Shown here piece by piece: positions 8,844-18,909 of a DNA stretch of 64,000 nucleotides (within the stretch, counting starts at the first letter, position 1; each line of letters begins with the position of its first letter). Source of the DNA: Lachnospiraceae bacterium. GTDB taxonomy: Bacteria > Bacillota > Clostridia > Lachnospirales > Lachnospiraceae. The position numbers and the translations under genes are program-made. Location of the stretch: positions 3,994 through 67,993 of the forward strand of contig JAFTAP010000029.1 of the NCBI GenBank assembly GCA_017455525.1, written 5' to 3'. Under the pieces are notes generated by a model. The model was given only the letters and a program-made list of their open reading frames with translations. It had not been told where the DNA came from and made no database searches.

Positions 8844-10910
8844 ATGGCAAAGAATCTTGTGGTGGTGGAGTCACCGGCTAAGGTAAAGACTATAAAGAAA
8901 TTCTTGGGGAGCAACTATCAGGTTGTCGCATCCATGGGGCATGTGAGGGATCTTCCGAAGAGCTCTATGGGGATAGATGTCGATAATGATTTCGAGCCTA
9001 AGTATATCACGATAAGAGGAAAGGGCGACCTGCTTGCTTCACTCCGTAAGGAAGTAAAGAAGGCGGATAAGATATATCTCGCAACCGACCCTGACCGCGA
9101 GGGCGAGGCCATATCATGGCACTTGGAGAACGCTCTTAAATTAAATCCCGATGAGACAGATAAGAAGGTATACAGGATAACCTTCAATGAGATAACTAAG
9201 AACGCCGTGAAGAAGTCCCTGTCAGAGCCAAGGGAGATTGACATGGATCTTGTCGATGCCCAGCAGGCGCGCCGTGTGCTTGACAGGCTCGTGGGCTACG
9301 GCATATCACCGCTTCTTTGGGCTAAGGTAAAGAGGGGGCTTTCTGCAGGACGCGTGCAGTCCGTGGCTCTCCGCCTGATATGCGACAGGGAAGACGAGAT
9401 AGAAGCCTTTATTCCCGAAGAATACTGGACTATAGATGCTGTCTTTGATGTTAAGGGAGAAAAGAAGCCCCTTAACGCTCACTTCTACGGCGACTCATCA
9501 GGCAAGATAGAGATAAAGGACGGCAGGCAGGCAGATGAGATAAAGAATTACTGCGGTAAAGCTTCCTATAAGATTACCGAGGTAAAGAGGGGAGAGAGGG
9601 TTAAGAAGGCTCCGCTTCCTTTCACGACCAGCACGATGCAGCAGGAGGCGAGCAAGGCTCTTAATTTCTCGACTTCTAAGACTATGCGTATAGCGCAGGG
9701 GCTTTATGAGGACGGTCTTATTTCATATCTGCGTACCGACAGCACGAGGCTTTCCAATGAAGCAAAGCAGATGGCTTCTGATTACATAAGTGGGAATTAT
9801 GATAGATCCTATCTTGGTGCCGATATAGGAAAGGCCAAGGAAGGACCTAACGTGCAGGACGCTCACGAAGCGATAAGGCCTACCGACGTGAACCGCACGC
9901 CTTCTGAAATGAAGGACAAGCTTGGCAGGGATCAGCTTAGGCTTTATCAGCTTATATGGAAGAGATTCGTCGCTTCCTGCATGGCGAACGCCGTATATGA
10001 CACGGAGAGCGTTAGGATTGCAGCAGGAGATAAGTATATATTCACTGCAAGCGCGTCTAAAATACGCTTTCAGGGCTTCATGAGTGTATACAGCGACGAC
10101 GAGGATGATAATGCTGATAAGAACGTGATATCTTCATCGCTTTCCGAAAAGAGTGTACTCAAAGCGTCAGACCTTGATGCGAAGCAGCATTTCACACAGC
10201 CGCCTGCGCACTTTACCGAGGCAACGCTAGTGCGTACATTAGAGGAGCTCGGCATAGGCAGACCGTCTACCTACGCTCCCACGATAACGACGCTCCTTGG
10301 CAGACGCTATATCACGAAGGAGGGCAGGAACCTCTTTGTTACCGAGATGGGAAATGCTGTGAATAAGATAATGAAGGACGCCTTTCCCGTGATAGTCGAT
10401 GATAAGTTCACGGCTAACCTTGAGTCTCTGCTTGATGGCGTGGAAGCAGGGGACGTGAAGTGGAAGACCGTCATAGAGAATTTCTACCCCGACCTGCATG
10501 ATGCGGTGGAGAGGGCGAATACAGAGATAGAAAAAGTCAAGATAGCGGACGAGGAGACCGATGTAGTCTGTGAGGAATGCGGCAGGCATATGGTGATAAA
10601 GTACGGGCCTCACGGAAAGTTCCTTGCCTGTCCCGGCTTCCCCGACTGCCGCAATACGAAGCCCTACTATGAGAGCATCGGCGTAGCCTGCCCTAAGTGC
10701 GGTAAGGACATAGTCATGCGTATGTCGAAGAAGGGCAGGAGATACTACGGCTGTCTTGGCTTCCCCGACTGTGACTTCATGAGCTGGTCGAAGCCTTCTG
10801 TGATCAAATGTCCTAAGTGCGGCGATATGATGGTCATAAAGGGTGATAACCTCGTATGCACAAACGATAAATGCAAGTGCATAATAGCAAGACCTGAGGA
10901 AGAAAAATAA
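8844..10910 (+). CDS. topA: DNA topoisomerase I.
   Basis: TOPRIM start NLVVVESPAKVKTIKKFLG. Active-site region YLRTDS. C-terminal repeated Cys4 zinc ribbons. Strong RBS AGGAGG. Confidence 0.95.
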   Translation: MAKNLVVVESPAKVKTIKKFLGSNYQVVASMGHVRDLPKSSMGIDVDNDFEPKYITIRGKGDLLASLRKEVKKADKIYLATDPDREGEAISWHLENALKLNPDETDKKVYRITFNEITKNAVKKSLSEPREIDMDLVDAQQARRVLDRLVGYGISPLLWAKVKRGLSAGRVQSVALRLICDREDEIEAFIPEEYWTIDAVFDVKGEKKPLNAHFYGDSSGKIEIKDGRQADEIKNYCGKASYKITEVKRGERVKKAPLPFTTSTMQQEASKALNFSTSKTMRIAQGLYEDGLISYLRTDSTRLSNEAKQMASDYISGNYDRSYLGADIGKAKEGPNVQDAHEAIRPTDVNRTPSEMKDKLGRDQLRLYQLIWKRFVASCMANAVYDTESVRIAAGDKYIFTASASKIRFQGFMSVYSDDEDDNADKNVISSSLSEKSVLKASDLDAKQHFTQPPAHFTEATLVRTLEELGIGRPSTYAPTITTLLGRRYITKEGRNLFVTEMGNAVNKIMKDAFPVIVDDKFTANLESLLDGVEAGDVKWKTVIENFYPDLHDAVERANTEIEKVKIADEETDVVCEECGRHMVIKYGPHGKFLACPGFPDCRNTKPYYESIGVACPKCGKDIVMRMSKKGRRYYGCLGFPDCDFMSWSKPSVIKCPKCGDMMVIKGDNLVCTNDKCKCIIARPEEEK

Positions 10911-11011
10911 TAATTGTATTTAAATTTGTACAATCCTATTGCATTAGCTTTTAAATTGTGCTAAAATAAATACAATTTAAGCGAGAGTGGGCTTAAATCA
11001 ACATAAATACA

Positions 11012-11026
11012 TAGTTTCTGAAAAGG
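11012..11026 (+). promoter_or_regulatory. CodY-box-like sequence upstream of the flagellar promoter.
   Basis: TAGTTTCTGAAAAGG matches about 11 of 15 positions of the AATTTTCWGAAAATT consensus. Confidence 0.2.
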
Positions 11027-11103
11027 ATTTTGGATTTTAGTAAAAGGATTTATGGAGACATAAGTCCTTTTGCGGTTTATTTAGATAAAAACGGTTCACC
11101 AGG

Positions 11104-11117
11104 CACAATATATTGTG
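11104..11117. promoter_or_regulatory. Perfect 14-bp palindrome, a candidate regulator-binding site.
   Basis: CACAATATATTGTG is centred about 36 bp upstream of the -35 hexamer of the flgB promoter. Confidence 0.3.
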
Positions 11118-11143
11118 TCTACATAAATGGAATCGGCTATATG

Positions 11144-11171
11144 TTGACATTTAAGAGCTTTATAATATAAT
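11144..11171 (+). promoter_or_regulatory. Sigma-A type promoter of the fla/che operon.
   Basis: Consensus TTGACA (11144-11149), 16-nt spacer, consensus TATAAT (11166-11171), about 55 nt before the flgB ATG. Confidence 0.55.
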
Positions 11172-11224
11172 ATTTAGATGTGCGTGCCTTGATGGGGAAG
11201 GATGCATGAAAAGGGAGGTATTAC

Positions 11225-11614
11225 ATGATAAATTCTGATGTTTTTAATTATATAAACGTACTTACATCGGCGGCGGATGCATCATCTCTCCGCAATAAGA
11301 CCATAGCGAATAATATAGCGAACATAGACACCCCTCATTACAAGAGGCAGGACGTATCTTTTTCCGCCAATCTGCAGCAGGCGCTTAAGAACAGCAAGTT
11401 CGAGACGCTTGATCAGAAGGTTGACTCGCTTAATATCAAGAAGCTGAGGGGCGTGGTATTTACGGATAACGACGCATTCTCGTACAGGCTTGACGGCAAT
11501 AACGTGGACGTTGATACCGAGAATGTATACATGGCTGAGAACCAGCTTATGTATCAGGGACTTACGAAGGCGATAACCTCTGAATTCAGTCACCTTAAGG
11601 CAGTTACGAAGTGA
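11225..11614 (+). CDS. flgB: Flagellar basal-body rod protein FlgB.
   Basis: IANNIANIDTPHYKRQDVSF motif. RBS GGGAGG. First gene of the cluster. Confidence 0.9.
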   Translation: MINSDVFNYINVLTSAADASSLRNKTIANNIANIDTPHYKRQDVSFSANLQQALKNSKFETLDQKVDSLNIKKLRGVVFTDNDAFSYRLDGNNVDVDTENVYMAENQLMYQGLTKAITSEFSHLKAVTK

Positions 11615-11699
11615 TCAAGATAAGCCAGAGCGGTTAAGATAGCATGAAAATACGGATATAAGCGGATATGGATCTGGTTTTATATTAGGAGGATATGGC

Positions 11700-12164
11700 A
11701 TGGGAGTATTTGACAGCTTCAGCATAAATTCATCTGGACTTACGGCAGAGCGCTACAGGATGGACATCATCGCAGAGAACGTAGCGAATGCAAATACGAC
11801 AAGGACAAAGGACGGAACGCCATACAGGCGTAAGGTCGTGACCTTCCAGGAGAGGTCCAATCCTGTAGCGTCCTTCAATTCCGTCTTCATGAACACACAG
11901 AGCAAGTATAACCGCTTTGTAGGCTCCGGCGTGAAGGTCGGAGGCATATATGAGGATCACGTGACAGAGATGAACATGGTCTATGATCCGTCCCACCCTG
12001 ACGCTGACGAGAACGGATACGTGACCTATCCAAATGTGAATATCGTAACTGAGATGACGAATATGATAGACGCAAGCCGTGCTTACGAGGCTAACTCTAC
12101 CGCCTTTAATGCGACCAAGCAGATGGCTCTTAATGGCTTAAACGTAGGACAGGGCGGTGGCTGA
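11700..12164 (+). CDS. flgC: Flagellar basal-body rod protein FlgC.
   Basis: ERYRMDIIAENVANANTTRT and a C-terminal RAYEAN motif. Confidence 0.92.
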   Translation: MGVFDSFSINSSGLTAERYRMDIIAENVANANTTRTKDGTPYRRKVVTFQERSNPVASFNSVFMNTQSKYNRFVGSGVKVGGIYEDHVTEMNMVYDPSHPDADENGYVTYPNVNIVTEMTNMIDASRAYEANSTAFNATKQMALNGLNVGQGGG

Positions 12165-12259
12165 TAAAGGCGCGTAAGGCTGGCTGATGCGAAGCATTTC
12201 AGCCCGTACATGCAGTTAGTTATAGCAGTTTATTTATTATCAGTTCAGGAGTATAAGCT

Positions 12260-12583
12260 ATGGATGTGACTAACATAAGTTCATTTTTTAATCTGTCATC
12301 ACCTGCAGTAGAGGGCGCGGCAGTCCGCTCCTCGACAGTGAAGTTTCCCGATGATAAGAGCTTCGGCAGCTTTTTAGACTCTGCCGTGAAGCAGGTCAAC
12401 GAAACGAACACCTACTTGAAGCAGGAGGAGGAAGAAGAGATTAAGTGGGCGCTTGGTCTCACCGAGAACACGCACGACCTTGCCGTCGCACAGTCAAAAG
12501 CCGAGACCGCCCTGCAGTACACAGTAGCCCTGCGCGACCGCTTCCTGGAGTCATACAGGGAAATAATACAGATGCAGATATAA
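12260..12583 (+). CDS. fliE: Flagellar hook-basal body complex protein FliE.
   Basis: Size, position after flgC, and FGSFLDSAVKQVNETN with a C-terminal conserved helix. Confidence 0.85.
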   Translation: MDVTNISSFFNLSSPAVEGAAVRSSTVKFPDDKSFGSFLDSAVKQVNETNTYLKQEEEEEIKWALGLTENTHDLAVAQSKAETALQYTVALRDRFLESYREIIQMQI

Positions 12584-12631
12584 GGTAGAGTCACGCCGGA
12601 CGGATTTCATAAATTATAGAAAGGACAAGAA

Positions 12632-14251
12632 ATGGCGAATATTCAAGAGAGATTAAAGGCATTACTACAGCGTTTTCTCGAATGGTGGAATAAATTCACA
12701 ACAAGACAGAAGACCCTGATAGTCTCGGTTATAGTCGGCGTCATTGTCCTTGTTGTCATTGCAGTCTCGGTTATAACCAGACCGCAGTATAAGACCCTGT
12801 ATATAAGCGATACGACCAAGGAAACCAGCGAAGTCACCGCCGTCCTTGATGAGAACAGCATCACGTATCAGACAAGCCAGGACGGACTTACCATATCAGT
12901 GCTGGAGGAGCAGTATACCCAGGCAGTCATTCTCCTCGGAGCGAATAACTACCCTGCGGCGGAGTATTCGATAGACAGCGTCTTTGACGGAGGCTTCTCG
13001 TCTACAGAGGCAGATAAGACAAAGAAGTATCAGGAATTCATGGAAGCCAAGTTCCAGTCAGCACTTGGCAATATGGATAACGTTAAGCGTGCGATCGTTA
13101 ATATAAGCGTCCCTGAAAATGACGGGACCCTGCTTTCAAAAGAAAAGGAAAGTTATGCATCCGTCATGCTGGAGCTTGAGAACCCGGAGGACATGACATC
13201 AGACCAGGCTGCGGACATAGCAAGATTCGTGGCGACAGAGCTAGGTAACGATACTACGGCAAACGTCGTGATCATGGATACTACAGGAAACATGCTGTAT
13301 TCGGGACAGGACGAGAACTCCACCACCGGCAGCGCATCTAGCAGGCTTTCGTACAAGACGCAGTATGACAATATAATAAGAAACGAGATAAATGATGCCT
13401 TAGTGGGAGCGAAGATTTATGATAACGTGCAGGTAGTGCCTAACCTGGATCTTAACTGGGATATCATAAAGTCCACTGAGCATACCTACACTCCCGCCGA
13501 TGGTCAGGATCAGGGCGTGCTCTCACAGGAAGATACCTATTCTCAGACTACGAATAATCAAAACGGCGATATCCCCGGTACGGATACCAACGGTGAGATC
13601 ACCTATGAGTTCCAGGACAGCGCATATTCCTCGTCACAGACCGATGAGACAAGCAGGAGTTATCTGCCGAATGAGAAAATAACCGATACCGAGAAGGCAG
13701 GAGGCGCAATTAATTATGCGACCTCATCCATAGGTATTACGGCCATCCACTATGTGGTGTATAATGAAGAGGATATGCTCGCATCAGGAGCGCTTGACGG
13801 GACTACCTTTGATGAGTTCCGCATAGCTAATTCAGAGCGTACCAAGACCGAGGTAGATGAGGACGTTTATAATGTGATAGCGGCGGCTACGGGCATACCG
13901 CTGTCTAATATTTCTATAGTGGCGTATGATGAGCCTTTATTCGTCCCCGCGGAGGGCGGTATGATATCGCCTACGAATATATTCATAATCGTCCTTATCA
14001 TACTTATCCTTGGACTCCTTGCCTTCGTTGTGATAAGGTCAATGAGAGCAGAGAGAAGAAACGAAGAGGAAGAGACCGAGGAGCTTTCGCTTGACACGCT
14101 CCTGCAGAGCACGCAGGAAGCTACGGAGCTGGAGGAGATTGATTCTGAGTCAAAGAGCGAGACAAGGCTTCTCATAGAAAAATTCGTAGATGATAATCCG
14201 GACGCTGTTGCGAACTTGCTTCGCAACTGGCTGACAGAGGATTGGGGGTAA
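12632..14251 (+). CDS. fliF: Flagellar M-ring protein FliF.
   Basis: N-terminal TM segment, YscJ/FliF-like periplasmic domains, second TM near the C-terminus, FliG-binding tail LLRNWL. Confidence 0.9.
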   Translation: MANIQERLKALLQRFLEWWNKFTTRQKTLIVSVIVGVIVLVVIAVSVITRPQYKTLYISDTTKETSEVTAVLDENSITYQTSQDGLTISVLEEQYTQAVILLGANNYPAAEYSIDSVFDGGFSSTEADKTKKYQEFMEAKFQSALGNMDNVKRAIVNISVPENDGTLLSKEKESYASVMLELENPEDMTSDQAADIARFVATELGNDTTANVVIMDTTGNMLYSGQDENSTTGSASSRLSYKTQYDNIIRNEINDALVGAKIYDNVQVVPNLDLNWDIIKSTEHTYTPADGQDQGVLSQEDTYSQTTNNQNGDIPGTDTNGEITYEFQDSAYSSSQTDETSRSYLPNEKITDTEKAGGAINYATSSIGITAIHYVVYNEEDMLASGALDGTTFDEFRIANSERTKTEVDEDVYNVIAAATGIPLSNISIVAYDEPLFVPAEGGMISPTNIFIIVLIILILGLLAFVVIRSMRAERRNEEEETEELSLDTLLQSTQEATELEEIDSESKSETRLLIEKFVDDNPDAVANLLRNWLTEDWG

Positions 14252-14256
14252 GATAA

Positions 14257-15282
14257 GTGCCAGCACCGGCAGCACCGGCTGAGAATGAACTTTCGGGCGT
14301 ACAAAAAGCAGCGATACTGCTCATAGCATTAGGACCTGAGAAGTCAGCTAAGATCTTCAAGCATCTAAAGGACGAGGAGATCGAAGAGCTGACTTTAGAG
14401 ATAGCAAATACGAGATCCGTCACTCCTCAGATAAAAGAGGAAATAATCAATGAGTTCTACCAGATCTGCCTTGCACAGCAGTATATTGCGGAGGGTGGTA
14501 TCGGTTATGCGAAAGAGCTCTTGGAGCAGTCCTTTGGCGAAGAGAAGGCTACGGATGTCATATCGAGACTCACTGCGTCCTTGCAGGTTAAGCCTTTCGA
14601 GTTCGTGAGGAAGACAGACGCTTCGCAGCTGCTTAACTTCATACAGGATGAGCATCCACAGACGATAGCCCTTATTCTCGCATATTTAAATCCTGCTCAG
14701 GCGGCTCAGATAATCGGAGCGCTGCCTCCTGACAGGCAGGCGGATGTCGCTAAGAGGATAGCTATCATGGACAGGACATCGCCTGATGTCATAAAAGAGG
14801 TAGAGAGAGTGCTTGAATCAAAGATTTCATCGCTTGTAAATCAGGACTACACGATAATCGGCGGCGTGGACTCCGTAGTCGAGATCCTCAATACCGTGGA
14901 TCGAGGCACAGAGAAGCACATCATGGAGACTCTGGAAGTGGACGAGCCGGAGCTTGCGGACGAGATCAGGAAGAAGATGTTCGTCTTCGAGGATATCCTG
15001 CTACTCGACGACAGGGCTATACAGAGAGTGCTGCGTGACGTTGATAATTCCGACCTGTCTATGGCGCTAAAGGGTGCGAACGAGCAGGTGCAGGCGGCTA
15101 TATTCAAGAATATGTCCTCAAGACTATCGGCAATGATAAAGGAGGACATGGAGTTCATGGGACCCGTGCGTATGAAGGACGTGGAGGAAGCGCAGCAGAA
15201 GATAGTAAATGTCATCAGAAAGCTGGAGGACTCCGCAGAGATCGTCATATCCAGAGGCGGAGGAGACGAGATAATTGTCTAA
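14257..15282 (+). CDS. fliG: Flagellar motor switch protein FliG.
   Basis: KAAILLIALG, MFVFEDI, and the C-terminal torque helix region. GTG start. Confidence 0.92.
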   Translation: MPAPAAPAENELSGVQKAAILLIALGPEKSAKIFKHLKDEEIEELTLEIANTRSVTPQIKEEIINEFYQICLAQQYIAEGGIGYAKELLEQSFGEEKATDVISRLTASLQVKPFEFVRKTDASQLLNFIQDEHPQTIALILAYLNPAQAAQIIGALPPDRQADVAKRIAIMDRTSPDVIKEVERVLESKISSLVNQDYTIIGGVDSVVEILNTVDRGTEKHIMETLEVDEPELADEIRKKMFVFEDILLLDDRAIQRVLRDVDNSDLSMALKGANEQVQAAIFKNMSSRLSAMIKEDMEFMGPVRMKDVEEAQQKIVNVIRKLEDSAEIVISRGGGDEIIV

Positions 15283-16150
15283 TATCGTCAAAGGCTATTT
15301 TCAGACTGTCGATGAGGAAGACGAAAAGAAGGTTATCGATTCCAACGCCAAGGTTGCCGACAGGATACGTCTTTTGCGTAAGGTTTTAGGTGAAGACGAC
15401 GGTACGGATGATTTCTCATCAGATGGGTTCTCGGCGGGGCTTGATGCTGATATGATAGACGGCATCTTGAATGATCCTGATGGAGAGCCCGGCGAGGGCG
15501 GAAACGTGATCAAGGCGGAGCCGCAGCCTACTATGGAGGAAATACAGGCTTCCGCAGACCAGATAATAGCAGATGCGAATGCTCAGGCAGAGCAGATAAT
15601 ACAGGATGCCATGGATCAGGCGGAGGCTAATAAGGCTCAGGTCTATGAGGAAGCAAGGCAGGCCGGGCATAACGAGGGATATAATCAGGGCCTTGCCGAG
15701 GTTGATTCCATGAAGGCGGAGCTTGCCCAGGAGGAGCAGGAGTTCATGGCTCAGTATGAGCAGATGGTATCGGAGGTCGAGCCTGCACTTGTAGATATGC
15801 TGTCAGATATTTACGGGCATGTCATAGGCATCGATATGACGGATCAGAAAGAGATAATATTCCATCTCCTGCAGAACGCCCTGCAGAATACCGATACCAC
15901 TGCAAATCTCATGGTTCACGTGGCAAAGGATGACTACGAATACATACAGTCGAATAAGGAAGCCCTCTTTGAAGGCATACCGGGAATAGATAATACGGAT
16001 ATAGTGCCTGATGTCACTCTGAATACGGGAGAATGCATGGTAGATACGGGTTCGGGGATATTTGACTGCTCCGTAGGTACGGAGCTTCAAGGACTTAGGA
16101 AGCAGCTTATGCTCTTGTCTTACAGAAGGGAAGAGGAAGAAGCACAGTAA
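15275..16150 (+). CDS. fliH: Flagellar assembly protein FliH.
   Basis: Position between fliG and fliI. Coiled Ala/Gln/Glu-rich segment, then a FliH C-domain. TTG start overlapping the fliG stop. Confidence 0.8.
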   Translation: MSNIVKGYFQTVDEEDEKKVIDSNAKVADRIRLLRKVLGEDDGTDDFSSDGFSAGLDADMIDGILNDPDGEPGEGGNVIKAEPQPTMEEIQASADQIIADANAQAEQIIQDAMDQAEANKAQVYEEARQAGHNEGYNQGLAEVDSMKAELAQEEQEFMAQYEQMVSEVEPALVDMLSDIYGHVIGIDMTDQKEIIFHLLQNALQNTDTTANLMVHVAKDDYEYIQSNKEALFEGIPGIDNTDIVPDVTLNTGECMVDTGSGIFDCSVGTELQGLRKQLMLLSYRREEEEAQ

Positions 16151-16166
16151 TACTCGGAGGCGGATA

Positions 16167-17486
16167 ATGGATCTTGCCATTGATCTATCAAAATATCAGA
16201 GCCTTAAGACTGAAACATATTTTAAGAAGCTCGGTAAGGTCGTCAATGTCGTAGGACTTACGATAGAGTCGGAGGGACCTGATGCGCGCCTTGCCGATAT
16301 CTGCTCCATACAGCCGGCAGATACTACGTTAAAGCCCATACTTGCAGAGGTCGTGGGCTTTAAGGACAGGATGACGCTCCTCATGCCTTATGAATCGACG
16401 GATGGCATAGGCTCTGGGTCTATCGTAGAAAATCTGGAGCATCCTCTGATGGTTAAGTGTTCTGACGATTTATTGGGACGGACGCTTGACGGCATGGGAA
16501 ATCCTTCGGACGGCTCCGAGGTGATAGGAGATGAGTATCCTGTTGAGGCGATGCCGCCTGATCCTATGGACAGGGTAATAATAAGCGAGGTTCTTCCGCT
16601 CGGAGTAAAGGCTGTTGACGGACTCCTTACAGTAGGCAAGGGGCAGCGTATAGGCATATTCGCAGGCTCCGGCGTAGGTAAGTCAACGCTTATGGGAATG
16701 TTCGCAAGGAACACTAAGGCGGAGGTGAACGTGATAGCCCTTATCGGCGAGCGCGGCCGTGAGGTAAGGGAGTTCGTTGAGAGGGACTTAGGTCCTGAGG
16801 GAATGGCGAGGTCGGTTGTCGTGGTCGCGACTTCCGATAAGCCCGCATTAGAGAGGAATAAAGCTGCAAAGACAGCGACGGCTATAGCGGAGTATTTCAG
16901 GGATCAGGGCAAAGACGTACTGCTTATGATGGATTCCCTCACTCGATTCTCTATGGCGCAGAGGGAGATCGGCCTAGCCTCAGGTGAGCCGCCTGTTACC
17001 AGAGGCTATCCACCGTCCATATATGCAGAGATGCCAAAACTCTTAGAGCGCGCAGGAAACGGAGCCAAGGGATCTATCACGGGATTATACACGGTGCTTG
17101 TCGATGGCGATGACTTCAATGAGCCCATTACCGATACGGCGAGGTCGATTCTTGACGGACATATAGTGCTTAACCGAAAGATCGCCCAGCAGAATCATTA
17201 TCCCGCCATAGACGTGCTTATGAGCATATCGAGGTGTATGAGCCAGATAGCGACTAAGGAGCATAAGGCAGTCGCAGGAAAGCTTAAGAATGTAATGGCT
17301 ACTTATAATGAGGCGGAGGATCTTATTAACATAGGAGCATACAAGCCCGGCTCTAACCCGAAGATAGACTTCGCCATATCGAAGATAGATGCGGTGAATG
17401 ACTACCTTATGCAGACCACGGACTCAAAGTTTGAATTCGATGATGAGGTCAGGATGTTAGAGGAAATGTTCGCGAATGAAGCATAA
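16167..17486 (+). CDS. fliI: Flagellum-specific ATPase FliI.
   Basis: Walker A GSGVGKST, Walker B LLMMDS. F1-ATPase-like fold. Confidence 0.95.
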   Translation: MDLAIDLSKYQSLKTETYFKKLGKVVNVVGLTIESEGPDARLADICSIQPADTTLKPILAEVVGFKDRMTLLMPYESTDGIGSGSIVENLEHPLMVKCSDDLLGRTLDGMGNPSDGSEVIGDEYPVEAMPPDPMDRVIISEVLPLGVKAVDGLLTVGKGQRIGIFAGSGVGKSTLMGMFARNTKAEVNVIALIGERGREVREFVERDLGPEGMARSVVVVATSDKPALERNKAAKTATAIAEYFRDQGKDVLLMMDSLTRFSMAQREIGLASGEPPVTRGYPPSIYAEMPKLLERAGNGAKGSITGLYTVLVDGDDFNEPITDTARSILDGHIVLNRKIAQQNHYPAIDVLMSISRCMSQIATKEHKAVAGKLKNVMATYNEAEDLINIGAYKPGSNPKIDFAISKIDAVNDYLMQTTDSKFEFDDEVRMLEEMFANEA

Positions 17487-17539
17487 CGAGAGCGAAGCGC
17501 AGCCATGCGTAGGGCTTCATTAACTAAAGGAGATATAAT

Positions 17540-18004
17540 TTGGCGAAATTCATATACCGTATGCAAAACATACTAACCCTCGACGAGAAGCTTGAGGAGC
17601 AGGCGAAGATGGAATATGCCGCTCAGCAGGTAGTGCTTAACGAAGCGGAGGAAGAGGAAGAAGCCTTAAAGCAGCGTAAGGTAAGCTATGAGGAAGAGGC
17701 GAGGCGGCTTCGAGGGGAGAAGCTCAATGCGAGAGACATGGCGCTTAACGCAAGGGCCATAGACATAATGGGTGACCTCATCCTGGAGCAGCATGAGATA
17801 GTTAAGCAAGAAGAGGATAAGCTTGAGGTGAAGCGCTCTGCCTTAGAGGAAGCGATGAAGGATCGCAAGACGCAGGAGAAGCTTAAAGAGAAGGCTTTTG
17901 ATGACTTCAAGCTGGAGCTTGCGATGGAGGAAAGCAAGCAGATAGACCAGCTCACAAGCTATACATTCGGAATAAAGAAACAGAAAGCAAAGGCTGAAGG
18001 CTGA
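17540..18004 (+). CDS. fliJ: Flagellar export chaperone FliJ.
   Basis: Coiled-coil protein of about 150 aa directly after fliI. TTG start with AAGGAG. Confidence 0.8.
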   Translation: MAKFIYRMQNILTLDEKLEEQAKMEYAAQQVVLNEAEEEEEALKQRKVSYEEEARRLRGEKLNARDMALNARAIDIMGDLILEQHEIVKQEEDKLEVKRSALEEAMKDRKTQEKLKEKAFDDFKLELAMEESKQIDQLTSYTFGIKKQKAKAEG

Positions 18005-18909
18005 TGGCAGATACAGAATTAGCAACAACTGAAGGTAAGTCCGCAGAGGACAGCAAGGCGGAAGTCGCCCGCATAAAGGAAGAGAAGAAGGCTCTAAAGG
18101 CTCAGGCGAAGGAGCTTAAAAAGCAGAGAAAGGCTTTAGAAGCGGAGGAAGCAGACGTAGATGATGAGGGCGGAGCGTTCTCCGTTATCTTAGTTACTGT
18201 CGTTATCATCCTTATCTGGCTTGCGATCCTAGCCCTACTTGTCAAGCTTGACGTGGGAGGCTTCGGTTCAAACGTGCTGGCTCCCGTGATAGGCAATGTA
18301 CCGGGACTTAATAAGATACTTCCCGAAGGCTCCGTCTCGGATATGGATACGGTGTCGGGGAATGATGTCATAGAGGGCGGATATGACAATCTTGAGGATG
18401 CCGTGAACCGTATAAAGATGCTAGAGACAGAGCTTGCGGAAGCGAAGCAGGAGGCGGCTGACTCTGATAAGACGATAGACGATCTGACGCAGGAGATAGC
18501 GAGGCTTAAGACCTATGAGGACAATCAGGTCGAGTTCGAGAAGATAAAGGATGAATTCGACAACGAGGTCGTATTTAACAGTAAGGCGCCTGACATAGAT
18601 GAGTATCGCAAGTATTATGAAGAGATAGATCCTACTAATGCCGAGATATTATATAAGGAAGTCGTGAAGCAGGAGGCTATAAGCGATGAAATAAAAGATT
18701 ATGCCAAGGCATATTCCGAGATGAAGGCAAAGGATGCGGCGACAATCTTTAACAGCGCTCCCCTGCGCAATGATCTGGAGCTTGCGGCGAAGATACTTGG
18801 AGTTATGAAGGCTGATGCAAGAGGAAACATACTTGCGGAGATAAGCAAGCTTGACGCAGACCTTGCGGGAAACATCACGGAGATAATGGATCCTGAGGTT
18901 GAGGAGTAG
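18004..18909 (+). CDS. Flagellar operon membrane protein with an MgtE_N/MotE-like C-terminal domain (YlxF-like).
   Basis: Same position as B. subtilis ylxF. Lys/Glu-rich N-terminus, one TM segment, coiled coil, then AATIFNSAP...AAKILGVMKADARGNILAEI. Confidence 0.65.
   Translation: MADTELATTEGKSAEDSKAEVARIKEEKKALKAQAKELKKQRKALEAEEADVDDEGGAFSVILVTVVIILIWLAILALLVKLDVGGFGSNVLAPVIGNVPGLNKILPEGSVSDMDTVSGNDVIEGGYDNLEDAVNRIKMLETELAEAKQEAADSDKTIDDLTQEIARLKTYEDNQVEFEKIKDEFDNEVVFNSKAPDIDEYRKYYEEIDPTNAEILYKEVVKQEAISDEIKDYAKAYSEMKAKDAATIFNSAPLRNDLELAAKILGVMKADARGNILAEISKLDADLAGNITEIMDPEVEE

Noticed and set aside
10911-11224. A c-di-GMP riboswitch or a recombinase-invertible flagellar switch upstream of flgB, as known in Clostridioides difficile.
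   Set aside because: No GEMM-like conserved GC-rich helices are present. The predicted leader is only about 50 nt. No inverted repeats of 15 bp or more flank the promoter. Only short AT-rich hairpins and a 14-bp palindrome are found.
16293-16300. Perfect sigma-28 -10 element GCCGATAT inside fliI. A similar GCCGATAA occurs near 25851.
   Set aside because: No TAAA -35 element lies at the required 15-nt spacing, and the site is in the middle of a coding region. These are probably chance matches.
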